Below, one piece after another: positions 9,197 through 18,315 of a DNA stretch of 61,394 bases; position 1 is the first letter of the stretch, and each line of letters opens with the position of its first letter. The stretch spans positions 1-61,394 of the forward strand of contig JANJFQ010000001.1 of assembly GCA_025435355.1 (NCBI GenBank), in the 5' to 3' direction. This stretch comes from Candidatus Methanophagales archaeon. Its GTDB lineage: Archaea; Halobacteriota; Syntropharchaeia; Alkanophagales; Methanospirareceae. The notes beneath the pieces were generated by a model. That model ran no database searches, was not told where the DNA came from, and was given only the letters and a program-made list of their open reading frames with translations. The translations under genes and the position numbers were made by a program.

Positions 9197-10035
9197 ATAT
9201 GGAAGCTAAGGATGACTTAGAAAGAGCATTGTATTATGCAAAAGAGTTTCGTGACAAAGTGTTTGTGATAAAATTCAGTGGTGAAGTATTGGCAGATGAA
9301 GGCATAATGGACTCAGTAATTTCTGATTTAATCACGTTAAAATACGATGCCGGCATAAACGTAGTCGTCGTGCATGGAGGAAGTAAGAGAATATCTTCTA
9401 TGATGGATAAATTTGGTTTGAAGGCGAGATTTATTGACGGATTAAGAGTTACAGATGAAGATGCGCTTGAGGTTGTCCAGGCAGTCCTATCTGATTTTAA
9501 TCAAAGGATAGTTTGGAATATAAATCAAAGAGGGGGTAAAGCAGTTGGCATTTCTGCCGTTTCTGGCAATTTATTTGCAGCCAGAAAAATACACCCTGAT
9601 TTAGGATTGGTTGGAAGCATTGAAGAGGTTGATGATGAACTTGTTACGTTATTTACACGAAATGGATATATACCCATAATCTATCCAATAGGCTCAGACG
9701 GAGAAGGAAATCTGCTTAACATCAATGCAGACCATGGTGCGAGCGAGCTGGCATGCAGTCTAAATGCGGAGAAACTCATCATTTTAACACCTGTGAAGGG
9801 TGTGCTACGTAATCGCAACGATGAAAACACTCTGATACCGGCACTGACGTTATCAGAGGCAAAAAGCATTCAGGAAGAGAGTTTCATAACCGCGGGTATG
9901 AAGCCGAAGATAGAATCCTGCGTAACTGCGGTAGAGTATGGTGTTAAATGCGCACATATTATTGGGTTGAAAAACCACGCGATATTACAAGAGATATTTA
10001 CCGAAAAAGGCTCTGGAACGATGATAACGAGGTGA
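9193..10035 (+). CDS. argB: acetylglutamate kinase (amino-acid kinase family)
   Basis: 'FVIKFSGEVL', 'VVVHGGS', 'GLRVTDE', 'LNINADHGASELA'. The GTG start overlaps the xseB stop by 4 nt. Confidence 0.8.
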   Translation: MNMEAKDDLERALYYAKEFRDKVFVIKFSGEVLADEGIMDSVISDLITLKYDAGINVVVVHGGSKRISSMMDKFGLKARFIDGLRVTDEDALEVVQAVLSDFNQRIVWNINQRGGKAVGISAVSGNLFAARKIHPDLGLVGSIEEVDDELVTLFTRNGYIPIIYPIGSDGEGNLLNINADHGASELACSLNAEKLIILTPVKGVLRNRNDENTLIPALTLSEAKSIQEESFITAGMKPKIESCVTAVEYGVKCAHIIGLKNHAILQEIFTEKGSGTMITR

Positions 10036-10044
10036 ATCGAATAT

Positions 10045-10926
10045 TCATAAATATTCCACCTCACCACTCGAATAAATTTTTACGGATGCTTTTCGAGCAG
10101 CCCAGCACTGGAAATTTATCGCAACAGGCAAACTTGTTATGTGCGTACCTGCGGTTTCTATATGCACGTCAAGCGCAGTTGTTTTCCCTCCCAAACCCAT
10201 AGGACCTATGCCCGTGTTGTTCACCGCAGCGAGAAGTTCTTCCTCAATTCTCGCTATCCTCACATCTTTGCTCCTCTCGCCTACGGGTCGAAGCAACGCT
10301 GCTTTCGCGAGCCACATCGCTATATCGGCAGAGCCACCCATACCAACACCAATGATTGTGGGCGGGCAAGGTTTCCCGGCAGCGTTGAGCACCGTCTCGA
10401 GAACAAACTTCTTTATCTCTTTCTCTGCTTCCTCTTCCGGCTTAGGAGTAAACATAGTAAAAGCACTGACGTTCTCCGAGCCTCCACCTTTTGGAAATGC
10501 GGTTATCTCAAGTCCGTCAATATCTGCGATTTTATAATTTATATACGGCATTCTATCACCTATGTTCGCTCCCTCGCCCTCTCTTGTTATCGCATCCACC
10601 ACGTTTGGGCGTAACGGGATTATCTTCGTGGCTTCCTTCACGCCCTCGCGTATGCCGCTCTCAACGTCGCCCAAGTTCATGCTTATGATGCCACTTTTGA
10701 GCTTCACGAAAAAAAGCGGGATGCCTGTATCCTGACATAAAGGTCTTTGCATTTCCTCCGCAAGCTTCACATTCTTGAGCATTGCCTTCAACTGCACCTT
10801 CGCTATTTCATTCTCTTCGCACTCGTATGCACGAACCAACGCCTCTTTCACATCGCCCGGAAGTGTTGTCTCTGCCCTCCTCAAAATAGTTATCGTTACT
10901 TCCGTAATCAATTCTTTCGTAATCAT
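10045..10926 (-). CDS. class I (Fe-S) fumarate hydratase / tartrate dehydratase alpha subunit
   Basis: 'PLCQDTGIPLFFV', 'ITAFPKGGGSEN', 'CPPTIIGVGMGGS'. The start is set at MITKELI, 11 codons inside the tracked ORF, which clears the upstream gene's stop at 10937. Confidence 0.75.
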   Translation of the reverse strand: MITKELITEVTITILRRAETTLPGDVKEALVRAYECEENEIAKVQLKAMLKNVKLAEEMQRPLCQDTGIPLFFVKLKSGIISMNLGDVESGIREGVKEATKIIPLRPNVVDAITREGEGANIGDRMPYINYKIADIDGLEITAFPKGGGSENVSAFTMFTPKPEEEAEKEIKKFVLETVLNAAGKPCPPTIIGVGMGGSADIAMWLAKAALLRPVGERSKDVRIARIEEELLAAVNNTGIGPMGLGGKTTALDVHIETAGTHITSLPVAINFQCWAARKASVKIYSSGEVEYL

Positions 10927-10936
10927 TTGGTAAAAA

Positions 10937-12835
10937 CTAAGCCAGCCACCCGTGTACAAGCATAGCGATCAAATATAAAGCGAAAAAGAGAAGCACCAGC
11001 AGCACCCCAGTCCCTATGCTCATTCTTTCCATTGGTTCTTCTACTGGTCGCATCTTTACCTCCTCCAGATCTCGCTCGTAATGCTTATATACTGGTTGTA
11101 TTACCAGGTTGAAAACGAAAACAAAAGGTTTCAACAGCGCTACACCTATCATGTCCATCATCATTCTTGTTCCTCGCAGTGGATTCTTGCTGAACTTGAC
11201 GAAAAAATCCGCTATTCTCAATACTATTTTCTCTACGGCAATCGCAAAACTCACTAATGGGCTCTCGCATAGCCATATGAATCCTCTACCAGCTTTTCTA
11301 TACAGATAATCTACGTCATTCGTTATCTTCTCATGAGGCGCAAAGAACCCTATCATGAAGAACAGAAAAACAGTCATCAGCACCAACTCTACTGTTCCTA
11401 AAGTGTGCCCGAGTTCGTATGCATGGTAATGTAACGCCGCCTCCTTATAAGGCAGTATTCCATAAAGCAACTTTGGGTATAATCCGATAACAATGCAAAG
11501 GAAAGCGGTAACGCACATTGGAACAAGCATTGGTAACGGCGCCTCCTTCGCTTCTATATTCTCATTTTTACTGAAAAAAGCAAAATAGGTGAGTTTTAAG
11601 AATGATATGAGTGTGCCTACTGAACCCAACATCAAAGCTAATTCTAAAATCCCCATTCCTCGTACCCCGTTTAAAGCTGCCTCGTGTGCCGCGTGAATTA
11701 TCATACCCTTGCTCACATATCCATTAAAGCCTATAACGCCGGAGATGGAAAGCGCCGCTATCACGCACGTTATCATCGTTACGGGCATCTTCTTCGCCAG
11801 TCCTCCCAGTTCTGTGAGGTTGTTTTTTCCTGTTCTATATATCACTGCACCCATACACATGAACAGCGTTGTCTTGAACAACAGGTTGTTGAAAAGGTGT
11901 GCAATTGAACCGTTTATAGCTATCTCAGTTGCTACTCCGGCTGCCATTCCCACACCTGCTACCATATAGCCCAATTGACTCACAATGTGATAAGAAAGGA
12001 GTTTTCTCACATCGTTCTGTAATATCGCAAATATAACGCCGTAGAGACACATCGCTCCGCCCAGGTATGCTACCGCTTCTACACCCGAGAAGGTCCTCGC
12101 AAGCACGTATATACCCGTCTTCGTAGTGAATATGGACAAAAAAATGGTGCCTGCTATGGTTGCCTTCGGATACGAATCCGGCAGCCATGTATGCAGTGGA
12201 ATAAATGCTGCGTTTACTCCTATCCCTATAAGCAAAAGGAAATATCCTAGACCCGGCTTTACTGGTCCTACTGCGATAAGACCGGTGTTCATATAATGTA
12301 TTAGTATCCCGCCGAGAAGGGCACAACCACCAAACAGGTGAAACAGAATGTATCGCATTCCCGAATCTCTCGCTCTCCTCGAACCCTCGTACCATATCAA
12401 ACCAAGAGAAGAGAACGCCATCATCTCCCAGAATATGTACAGCGTGAAGAAATCTCCCGCGAATACCGCTCCCAACGCGCTTCCCATGTACAGCAACGCA
12501 CATATATGATGACCATTCTCTTTTACAGTAGATAGAGAATATATTATCGCCGACCCTCCCGCTATGGCAAATATATACCCCATTATAATGCTCAATCTAC
12601 CAAGATATCCACTCTCAACGTGTAAGAATGTCAGCTTCAATCCCGGCAGAACAGAAAATTCCCAGCCGGGTAGTGGTTGTCTTCCTATCAAAGCCACACT
12701 TATCAAACCAAGCGCTGCTAAAAGGATAAGGTAAACGTTCCTCACTCTACCTTTCCCAAAGAGAGGTATTAACACCGCACCAAAGATGAATATAAAAGCC
12801 GGTGGTATGTTCGGTACACTGCTTATATCAATCAT
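10937..12835 (-). CDS. antiporter-like subunit (PF00361-type, NuoL/M/N-MrpA/D superfamily), 'C/X-type' with C-terminal helix+TM tail
   Basis: 632-aa polytopic ORF. Motifs 'LHTWLPDSYPKATIAG', 'LLSYHIVSQLGYMVAG', 'GLAKKMP'. The tail is '...FSKNP...YERDLEEV...IGTGVLLVLLFFALYLIAMLVHGWLA'. Confidence 0.8.
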   Translation of the reverse strand: MIDISSVPNIPPAFIFIFGAVLIPLFGKGRVRNVYLILLAALGLISVALIGRQPLPGWEFSVLPGLKLTFLHVESGYLGRLSIIMGYIFAIAGGSAIIYSLSTVKENGHHICALLYMGSALGAVFAGDFFTLYIFWEMMAFSSLGLIWYEGSRRARDSGMRYILFHLFGGCALLGGILIHYMNTGLIAVGPVKPGLGYFLLLIGIGVNAAFIPLHTWLPDSYPKATIAGTIFLSIFTTKTGIYVLARTFSGVEAVAYLGGAMCLYGVIFAILQNDVRKLLSYHIVSQLGYMVAGVGMAAGVATEIAINGSIAHLFNNLLFKTTLFMCMGAVIYRTGKNNLTELGGLAKKMPVTMITCVIAALSISGVIGFNGYVSKGMIIHAAHEAALNGVRGMGILELALMLGSVGTLISFLKLTYFAFFSKNENIEAKEAPLPMLVPMCVTAFLCIVIGLYPKLLYGILPYKEAALHYHAYELGHTLGTVELVLMTVFLFFMIGFFAPHEKITNDVDYLYRKAGRGFIWLCESPLVSFAIAVEKIVLRIADFFVKFSKNPLRGTRMMMDMIGVALLKPFVFVFNLVIQPVYKHYERDLEEVKMRPVEEPMERMSIGTGVLLVLLFFALYLIAMLVHGWLA

Positions 12836-13022
12836 CCTGCTTTCCTTCCTTTTGTATCAAAGACAATATCTTCGCCATTACCATGAAAAGTCCAACTCCT
12901 ATCGCACCGTATAGAAAGCCTGTAAACTGCTCCGATTGTCTCAAAAACACAAATATTGCTGATATCCCTAATACCACACACACCATCATCAGTAGCAATC
13001 CTTTCAGCACCTTTTTATCCAT
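12828..13022 (-). CDS. small 2-TM membrane protein, translationally coupled to the downstream antiporter-like gene
   Basis: 64 aa with two hydrophobic helices. Its stop overlaps the start of 10937..12835 by 8 nt. A relic of its 3' end is retained at 15848..15877. Confidence 0.5.
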   Translation of the reverse strand: MDKKVLKGLLLMMVCVVLGISAIFVFLRQSEQFTGFLYGAIGVGLFMVMAKILSLIQKEGKQDD

Positions 13023-13186
13023 CTTTCTTCTCCATCATCCCCCCTTCCGATGGCTTCATTACAAATTTTATGGTGTATATAAATAAATATAAGTATTTCT
13101 TAATTTTTTCTTTCGGAAGATAAGATTTTTAGATTACAGAAGTATATCTTAACTGAACACATACCCTAAATAAAAAGAGAAAAGAG

Positions 13187-13612
13187 GTGAAAGAAGAAGC
13201 GATGGCGGCGGAATTATTATTAGAAGTTAGGGATGTAATGACCTATCCAGCTATCACTGAAGATGAAGACGCTTCGGTTGCTATAATATCGAAGGACATG
13301 AAATTGTCGAGAATAGGGAGTGTGGTCATAACAAAAGAAGATAAACCCGTAGGGATAATCACTGACCATGACATAGTGGTAAAAGTTATAATGAAGGATA
13401 GAAACCCAAGTAAGGTAAAAGCGGAAGAAATAATGTCCTCCCCTTTGGTGACCATCGAGGCAGATGCATCTCTTATGGGTGCATGCAAACTCTTGGCAGA
13501 GAAGGGCATAAGAAGACTACCTGTGACTGAGGATGATGCGCTCGTGGGCATCGTAAGTGTTAGAAATATACTGACAAGAGAGCCAGAGCATGTAAGAAAA
13601 TATTTATTTTAA
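13187..13612 (+). CDS. CBS-domain pair protein
   Basis: Two CBS repeats ('IGSVVITKEDKPVGIITDHDI', 'IRRLPVTEDDALVGIVSVRNIL'). Paralog of 21518..21910. Confidence 0.8.
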   Translation: MKEEAMAAELLLEVRDVMTYPAITEDEDASVAIISKDMKLSRIGSVVITKEDKPVGIITDHDIVVKVIMKDRNPSKVKAEEIMSSPLVTIEADASLMGACKLLAEKGIRRLPVTEDDALVGIVSVRNILTREPEHVRKYLF

Positions 13613-13713
13613 TCCCGAGGAATTTAGCAATAGGATTCGGTAAATCGTCCAGCAAAAATCAAAAGTTATTAATACTCTAAAACCTTATAAACATAAGGGG
13701 GTGATGTAAAAAA

Positions 13714-13959
13714 ATGTTGTTTATGACGTGCGTGAGAGTCAATCCGGGCATGGTGGAGAACGCGAGAAAATTCGGTGACAGGATACTTAAAGAGCCGCCC
13801 AAGGGCGTCAAGTTCCTGCAGGTTTATCATACGCTGGGTAGGTATGATGCGATATGGATTTACGAGGCGGAAGACGCAAAAGTGATTGAAGATTTCCTTC
13901 ATCAAAGCCGGGATGTCTCAACAACCGAAACCTGGGTTGCGTTTGCAAGGGAGATGTAG
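13714..13959 (+). CDS. GYD-domain protein
   Basis: 81 aa. 'YHTLGRYDAIWIYEAEDAKVIEDF' carries the GRYD signature. Confidence 0.6.
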   Translation: MLFMTCVRVNPGMVENARKFGDRILKEPPKGVKFLQVYHTLGRYDAIWIYEAEDAKVIEDFLHQSRDVSTTETWVAFAREM

Positions 13960-14022
13960 GTAAGGGGTCTGTCGCCAGCCCCCTCCCTTTTTATTTTTTA
14001 AAAACTTGCCTATTGGTTCCGA

Positions 14023-15855
14023 TTACAACCACAGCAGCCCATGCGTCAGATAAATAATCAGATAGAGCGTGAAAAACACGAGTGCCAGCAACACCCCTGT
14101 TCCTATCGCCACTCTCGGCACTTCTCCCGGATACACCTTCTTGAGCTCCTCCAAATCCCGCTCATATCGCATATACGCGGGATTGAAAGGTCTCATTACC
14201 ACTGCACCCACCATAGCCACCATTATTCTTGACGCCGCCGTTGGGTTCCTGCTGAACCATACGAAAGAATCAGCAATTCTAAGCAATCCTTTATCAATGA
14301 AATTCGCAACTGTCACTAATGGCTGCTCGCAGAACCATATAAACCCTCTCCCTGCCTTCCTGTATAGGTGGTCTATATCATACGTTATTCTTTCATGTGG
14401 TGTAAGTACGATTTTCATTATGAAGAACATAAATGCAGTCATTATCAACAATTCCAGCGTGCCTATCGTATGCCCAAGTGCGTATGGATGAAAATGAACA
14501 ACTTCATAAGGTAGTATTCCGTAAAGCAGCTTTGGATACACACCAATAGCAACGCAAAGGAAAGCAGTAACGCTCATTGCGATTAGCATGGGCAGCGGTG
14601 CTTCTTTCGCTTTTATTTCATCATTTCGCTTGAAAAACGTGAAATAAGTGAGTTTTAAGAAAGACAGGAAAGTGCCTACTGAACCCATTATCAAAGCAAG
14701 TGCAAGGATATGCATCCCGTCCAGTTCCGCAGCTTGAATCACCATACTTTTGCTTATGTATCCGTTAAAGCCCATAACGCCTGAAATAGAAAGAGCTGCT
14801 ATCACGCACGTTATCATCGTCACCGGCATCTTCTTCGCTAATCCACCAAGTTCTGTAAGGTTGTTCCTTCCTGTCGCATATATCACTGCACCCATACACA
14901 TAAACAGCAGTGCCTTATACAAAATATGGTTGAAAACGTGTGCGATTCCTCCGTTTATCCCTATATAAGTCCCTATCCCTATACCAGCAACCATGTAGCC
15001 TACCTGACTCACAATATGGTAAGAAAGGAGTTTCCTTACATCGTTTTGCATCAGTGCAAACACAACACCATAGAGGCACATCGCTCCGCCTATGTATGCT
15101 ACCGCCTCTACACCAGGAAAAGTCCTCGCAAGCACATATACGCCCGTCTTTGTCGTATATACAGACAAAAATACAGCTCCTGCTATCGTTGCTTTTGGAT
15201 ATGAATCCGGTAACCAGGTATGCAGTGGAATAAATGCCACGTTCACACCTATTCCGATAAGCATAAGGAGATATCCTAAAATACCTGCTTCATTTATATT
15301 TATAGACGCCACCAGTACAGAACCTGTGTTCATGTAATGTATCAGTATTCCACCAAGAAGGGCACAACCACCAAACAAGTGAAACAGGATATATCGCATC
15401 CCCGCGTTTGTCGCCCTCTCTGTCCGGCTGTACCAGATTAACCCGAGCGAAGAGAAAGCCATTATCTCCCAGAAGATGTACAAAGTGAAGAAATCGCCGG
15501 CAAATACCACACCAAGGGCGCTTCCTAAATATAGCAATCCACATACAAACTCGCCGCTCTCTTTCACTATATTTACTGAATATAATATCGCAGCACCGCC
15601 TATCAGAGCAAATATGTAGCCCATTATAAGGCTCAAACTATCGGCATGCAAGAACGTCAGCTCAAATCCGGGGAGAACTGTAAATCCCCATGTTGTCTGT
15701 GGTTTTATTAAAGCTACACTGATTAACCCAAGCGCAGCTAAGACGATAAGATAAATCTTCCTCCCCTTTCCCTTTCCGAGCAAGGGTATTAATGCAGCTC
15801 CTGCAAGGTAAATAAGAGCAGGAGGCACATTCGGTATGCTACTTATATCAATCAT
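14023..15855 (-). CDS. antiporter-like subunit (PF00361-type), 'C/X-type' with C-terminal helix+TM tail
   Basis: Close paralog of 10937..12835 ('MIDISSIPNVPPALI...', 'LHTWLPDSYPKATIAG'). The tail is 'FSRNPTAASRIMV...RPFNPAYMRYERDLEELKK...IGTGVLLALVFFTLYLIIYLTHGLLWL'. Confidence 0.8.
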   Translation of the reverse strand: MIDISSIPNVPPALIYLAGAALIPLLGKGKGRKIYLIVLAALGLISVALIKPQTTWGFTVLPGFELTFLHADSLSLIMGYIFALIGGAAILYSVNIVKESGEFVCGLLYLGSALGVVFAGDFFTLYIFWEIMAFSSLGLIWYSRTERATNAGMRYILFHLFGGCALLGGILIHYMNTGSVLVASININEAGILGYLLMLIGIGVNVAFIPLHTWLPDSYPKATIAGAVFLSVYTTKTGVYVLARTFPGVEAVAYIGGAMCLYGVVFALMQNDVRKLLSYHIVSQVGYMVAGIGIGTYIGINGGIAHVFNHILYKALLFMCMGAVIYATGRNNLTELGGLAKKMPVTMITCVIAALSISGVMGFNGYISKSMVIQAAELDGMHILALALIMGSVGTFLSFLKLTYFTFFKRNDEIKAKEAPLPMLIAMSVTAFLCVAIGVYPKLLYGILPYEVVHFHPYALGHTIGTLELLIMTAFMFFIMKIVLTPHERITYDIDHLYRKAGRGFIWFCEQPLVTVANFIDKGLLRIADSFVWFSRNPTAASRIMVAMVGAVVMRPFNPAYMRYERDLEELKKVYPGEVPRVAIGTGVLLALVFFTLYLIIYLTHGLLWL

Positions 15856-15904
15856 CCTGCTTACCCTCCTTTTGTATTAGTATCGGGCAACGCTTATCAT
15901 TTAC

Positions 15905-16171
15905 CTAAATCCACACGCCCATATATGTCCAAGAAATAACCAAATATGCCACAGCGAAAGCAAGCGAATAAAACAGCGCAGCCCCTATCGCTAAGGTTCG
16001 GGTATCTCCTATACATTCTTTTGACATTTCTAATCCCTTCGCATAGCCCATGCGAGCAGGACTAAACGGTCTCAGCACCGTCACACCCACTAAGTTTACC
16101 AGTATCTTCGTTGCAAGCGCCGGATTCTTCCCAAAACATCTCCACGAGCCCAAAATTTTTTTTATTCCCAT
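15905..16171 (-). CDS. free-standing homolog of the antiporter C-terminal tail (amphipathic segment + 1 TM)
   Basis: 88 aa. 'GKNPALATKILVNLVGVTVLRPFSPARMGY...LAIGAALFYSLAFAVAYLVISWTYMGVWI' aligns with the last ~90 aa of 14023..15855 and 16507..18315. Confidence 0.6.
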   Translation of the reverse strand: MGIKKILGSWRCFGKNPALATKILVNLVGVTVLRPFSPARMGYAKGLEMSKECIGDTRTLAIGAALFYSLAFAVAYLVISWTYMGVWI

Positions 16172-16204
16172 GTCCTTTCACCCCCTATTTTTCATCACCC
16201 CTTC

Positions 16205-16275
16205 GGGACACCTTCTTCACCTTCGCTTTTTGTTCCCCTTTAGCCACCTTTTTCACTTGTATCACAAGTGTCCCC
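16205..16275. promoter_or_regulatory. conserved leader/operator element: GGGACAC ... GTATC-N4-GTGTCCCC
   Basis: 'GGGACAC' (16205-16211) is the reverse complement of 'GTGTCCC' (16269-16275). 'gtatcacaagtgtcccc' (16259-16275) matches the motif at 18977-18993, 29199-29214 and 41711-41724. Confidence 0.45.
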
Positions 16276-16397
16276 TATACACTATATGTAACATGAGTAT
16301 TAAAAAGGTTTTCGATTATGGCACGTCGTGCCACCGGTGCCACCCGTGTCACCAATGGCACAAAGATAAGAAAAACATTAGCGAGTTCCTATACTTG

Positions 16398-16472
16398 TTT
16401 ACTGCTGAACCTGCCGAAAACACAGAGAGCCTGGAAAATCATTTACTGGATCTCCGCGATCTCGGCGGTAAA
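16398..16472. repeat. MITE-like short interspersed repeat, copy 1 (shorter)
   Basis: 'TTTACTGCTGAAC...GAAAACACAGAGAG...TCTCCGCGATCTCGGCGGTAAA' aligns with 51102..51203. The ends are inverted repeats (TTTACyGCTGA / TCGGCGGTAAA). Confidence 0.5.
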
Positions 16473-16506
16473 CAAATACAAATTTTCCATTGGCTATTGG
16501 CTCCAA

Positions 16507-18315
16507 TTACGCCCATAGCACCCCGTACGTCAGATACATAAACAGGTATAGCGTGAAAAACATGATTACCAGCAGCACGCCTGTTCCAATCGCCACCCTG
16601 TGCACCTCTCCGGGATACAACCTCCTGAGCTCCTCTAAATCTTGCTCATATCGCATATACCCTGGATTAAATGGTTTCAAAAGCACCATGCTTGCCGTAA
16701 GCACCATTATTCGTGAGGCTACTGCCGGGTTCTTGCTGAACCAAACGAAGGAATCAGCAATTCTCAACAGGGTTTTGTCAATGGAATCCGCAAAATTTAA
16801 CAACGGTTTCTCGCAGAACCATATAAATTTCTTCCCCGCTATTCGATAGAACCAGTCGGTATCAAGCGTGATTGTTCGTTCCCCGCGAAGCATCCCTTTC
16901 AGCATCCAAAATGCTAAAAATGTAAACAGAAGTAGTTGACTCATTCCTATTACATGCGATGCGGTGTAAGGAGCATAATCAACTGCATAAGGAAGCATCT
17001 TGTAAAGGGCTTGTGGATACACGCCGATAAATACGCAAAGAAAAGCAGTAACACCCATCGCTGCGAGCATATTTTTAGGTGGCTCTCTTGCCTCAACGAC
17101 CGACTTCTTTCTCCCAAACCATGTAAGATATGGGAGTTTTAGACATGTGACGAGGAATGTTCCTATTGCAGCTCCTTCGAGCAACAACCATACAATGGGC
17201 AGATGTGCCGCCGCTTCCACAACCATTGTTTTACTCACAAATCCACTGAACAGAGGGAATCCGGAAATGGAGAAAGCGCCAATCATGTAAAGCCCGAAAG
17301 TGAGGGGCATGTATTTGTACATACCGCCCAATTCAGTGAACTTACTTCTCCCCGTCATCTCAAGCACTGCACCTGCACCCATGAATAGCAACGCCGTATA
17401 AAGAATGCAGCTTAAAGCATGTGCAGTTGAACCATTTATTGCCATCCCGATTCCTATTCCAACACCTGCTACCATGTATCCTCCCTGACCGATGATAGAA
17501 TAGGCGAGAAGTCTTCTTATATCATTCTCAAGCACAGCGAAAATAACTCCATACACTGCCATTATCGCTCCCAACCATATCAAAAGCTCAACACCCGGGA
17601 AACCCCGGATCAACACATATATCGCACTTTTTGTCGTGAACGCGGTCAAAAATACGGCTCCAGTAACCGTGGCTTCCGGGTAAGCATCAGACAACCAGGC
17701 ATGCAATGGAGGAACCGCGGCGTTTATAATAAAACCAACGAATATAAAGTAAGAGGACAAGTAACCCCAACCCGTTCCCCAACTAAAAGGGTTAAAAGCA
17801 ATGGAGCCTGTGTTTTGCATGTGTAAAATAATGCCTGCTAATAGGCATATACCACCAAAAATATGCACCATGATATATCGGAATCCCGCTTCAGAAGATG
17901 CCTTCGTCTTGCGATACCAGATAAGGAAAAGCGAAGAAAAAGCCATCACTTCCCAAAATAAGTACAGAGTAAAAAGGTCCCCTGCGAAAACTATTCCCAG
18001 TGCGCTTCCAACGTAGAGGAAGGCAGATATATGTTGCCCGTCCTCTTTTACATGCAGTGCATAAAGAGTGGCACAAAAAGCTACAATAACAAATATATAA
18101 CCGAAAACCAAACTCAATTGGTCAACCCTGCCAAAAACGAGCTCATATTCCAAAAGAGGAATACTCCAGAATACACCTTCCGACATATACAGAAGGTCTA
18201 TAAGCGCCGCTATCGGCAACAGAAGCAGATATATCTTTTTCCAGTTTCCTTTTAGGACCGGTATTAGAAGAGCGCCTAAGATAAATATAAGTCCCGGATG
18301 CAGCCACTCAATCAT
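16507..18315 (-). CDS. antiporter-like subunit (PF00361-type), 'C-type' with C-terminal helix+TM tail
   Basis: 'LHAWLSDAYPEATVTGAVF', 'LLAYSIIGQGGYMVAG', 'GGMYKYMP'. The tail is 'FSKNPAVASRIMV...KPFNPGYMRYEQDLEELRR...IGTGVLLVIMFFTLYLFMYLTYGVLWA'. The start is set at MIEWLHPGLIF by analogy with 36409..38229 (the ORF track starts at 18366). Confidence 0.8.
   Translation of the reverse strand: MIEWLHPGLIFILGALLIPVLKGNWKKIYLLLLPIAALIDLLYMSEGVFWSIPLLEYELVFGRVDQLSLVFGYIFVIVAFCATLYALHVKEDGQHISAFLYVGSALGIVFAGDLFTLYLFWEVMAFSSLFLIWYRKTKASSEAGFRYIMVHIFGGICLLAGIILHMQNTGSIAFNPFSWGTGWGYLSSYFIFVGFIINAAVPPLHAWLSDAYPEATVTGAVFLTAFTTKSAIYVLIRGFPGVELLIWLGAIMAVYGVIFAVLENDIRRLLAYSIIGQGGYMVAGVGIGIGMAINGSTAHALSCILYTALLFMGAGAVLEMTGRSKFTELGGMYKYMPLTFGLYMIGAFSISGFPLFSGFVSKTMVVEAAAHLPIVWLLLEGAAIGTFLVTCLKLPYLTWFGRKKSVVEAREPPKNMLAAMGVTAFLCVFIGVYPQALYKMLPYAVDYAPYTASHVIGMSQLLLFTFLAFWMLKGMLRGERTITLDTDWFYRIAGKKFIWFCEKPLLNFADSIDKTLLRIADSFVWFSKNPAVASRIMVLTASMVLLKPFNPGYMRYEQDLEELRRLYPGEVHRVAIGTGVLLVIMFFTLYLFMYLTYGVLWA

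Noticed and set aside
10139-10688. Three plus-strand ORFs (132, 157 and 65 aa)
   Set aside because: They are antisense or out of frame within the fumarate hydratase alpha gene, whose product has clear family motifs.
11925-12503. 192-aa ORF, and similar internal ORFs (e.g. 26405..26926, 36950..37369, 43485..43829, 44322..44723, 15290..15544)
   Set aside because: They are alternative frames inside the antiporter-like genes. The peptides are Arg/Cys/His-rich and unlike membrane or soluble protein families. The main frames carry the PF00361 motifs.
1-12835. Idea that the beta-carbonic anhydrase plus antiporter-like proteins form a DAB/Cup-like CO2-uptake system
   Set aside because: No DabA-like (PF10070) or CupA/ChpX-like ORF is present. 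The CA is predicted to be extracellular, and it lies >10 kb and many unrelated genes away from the first antiporter-like gene.
16050-16541. 163-aa plus-strand ORF spanning the 16172-16506 intergenic region
   Set aside because: It runs antisense through the free-standing tail gene, across the conserved leader and through the MITE-like repeat. It has no motif, so I treat it as spurious.
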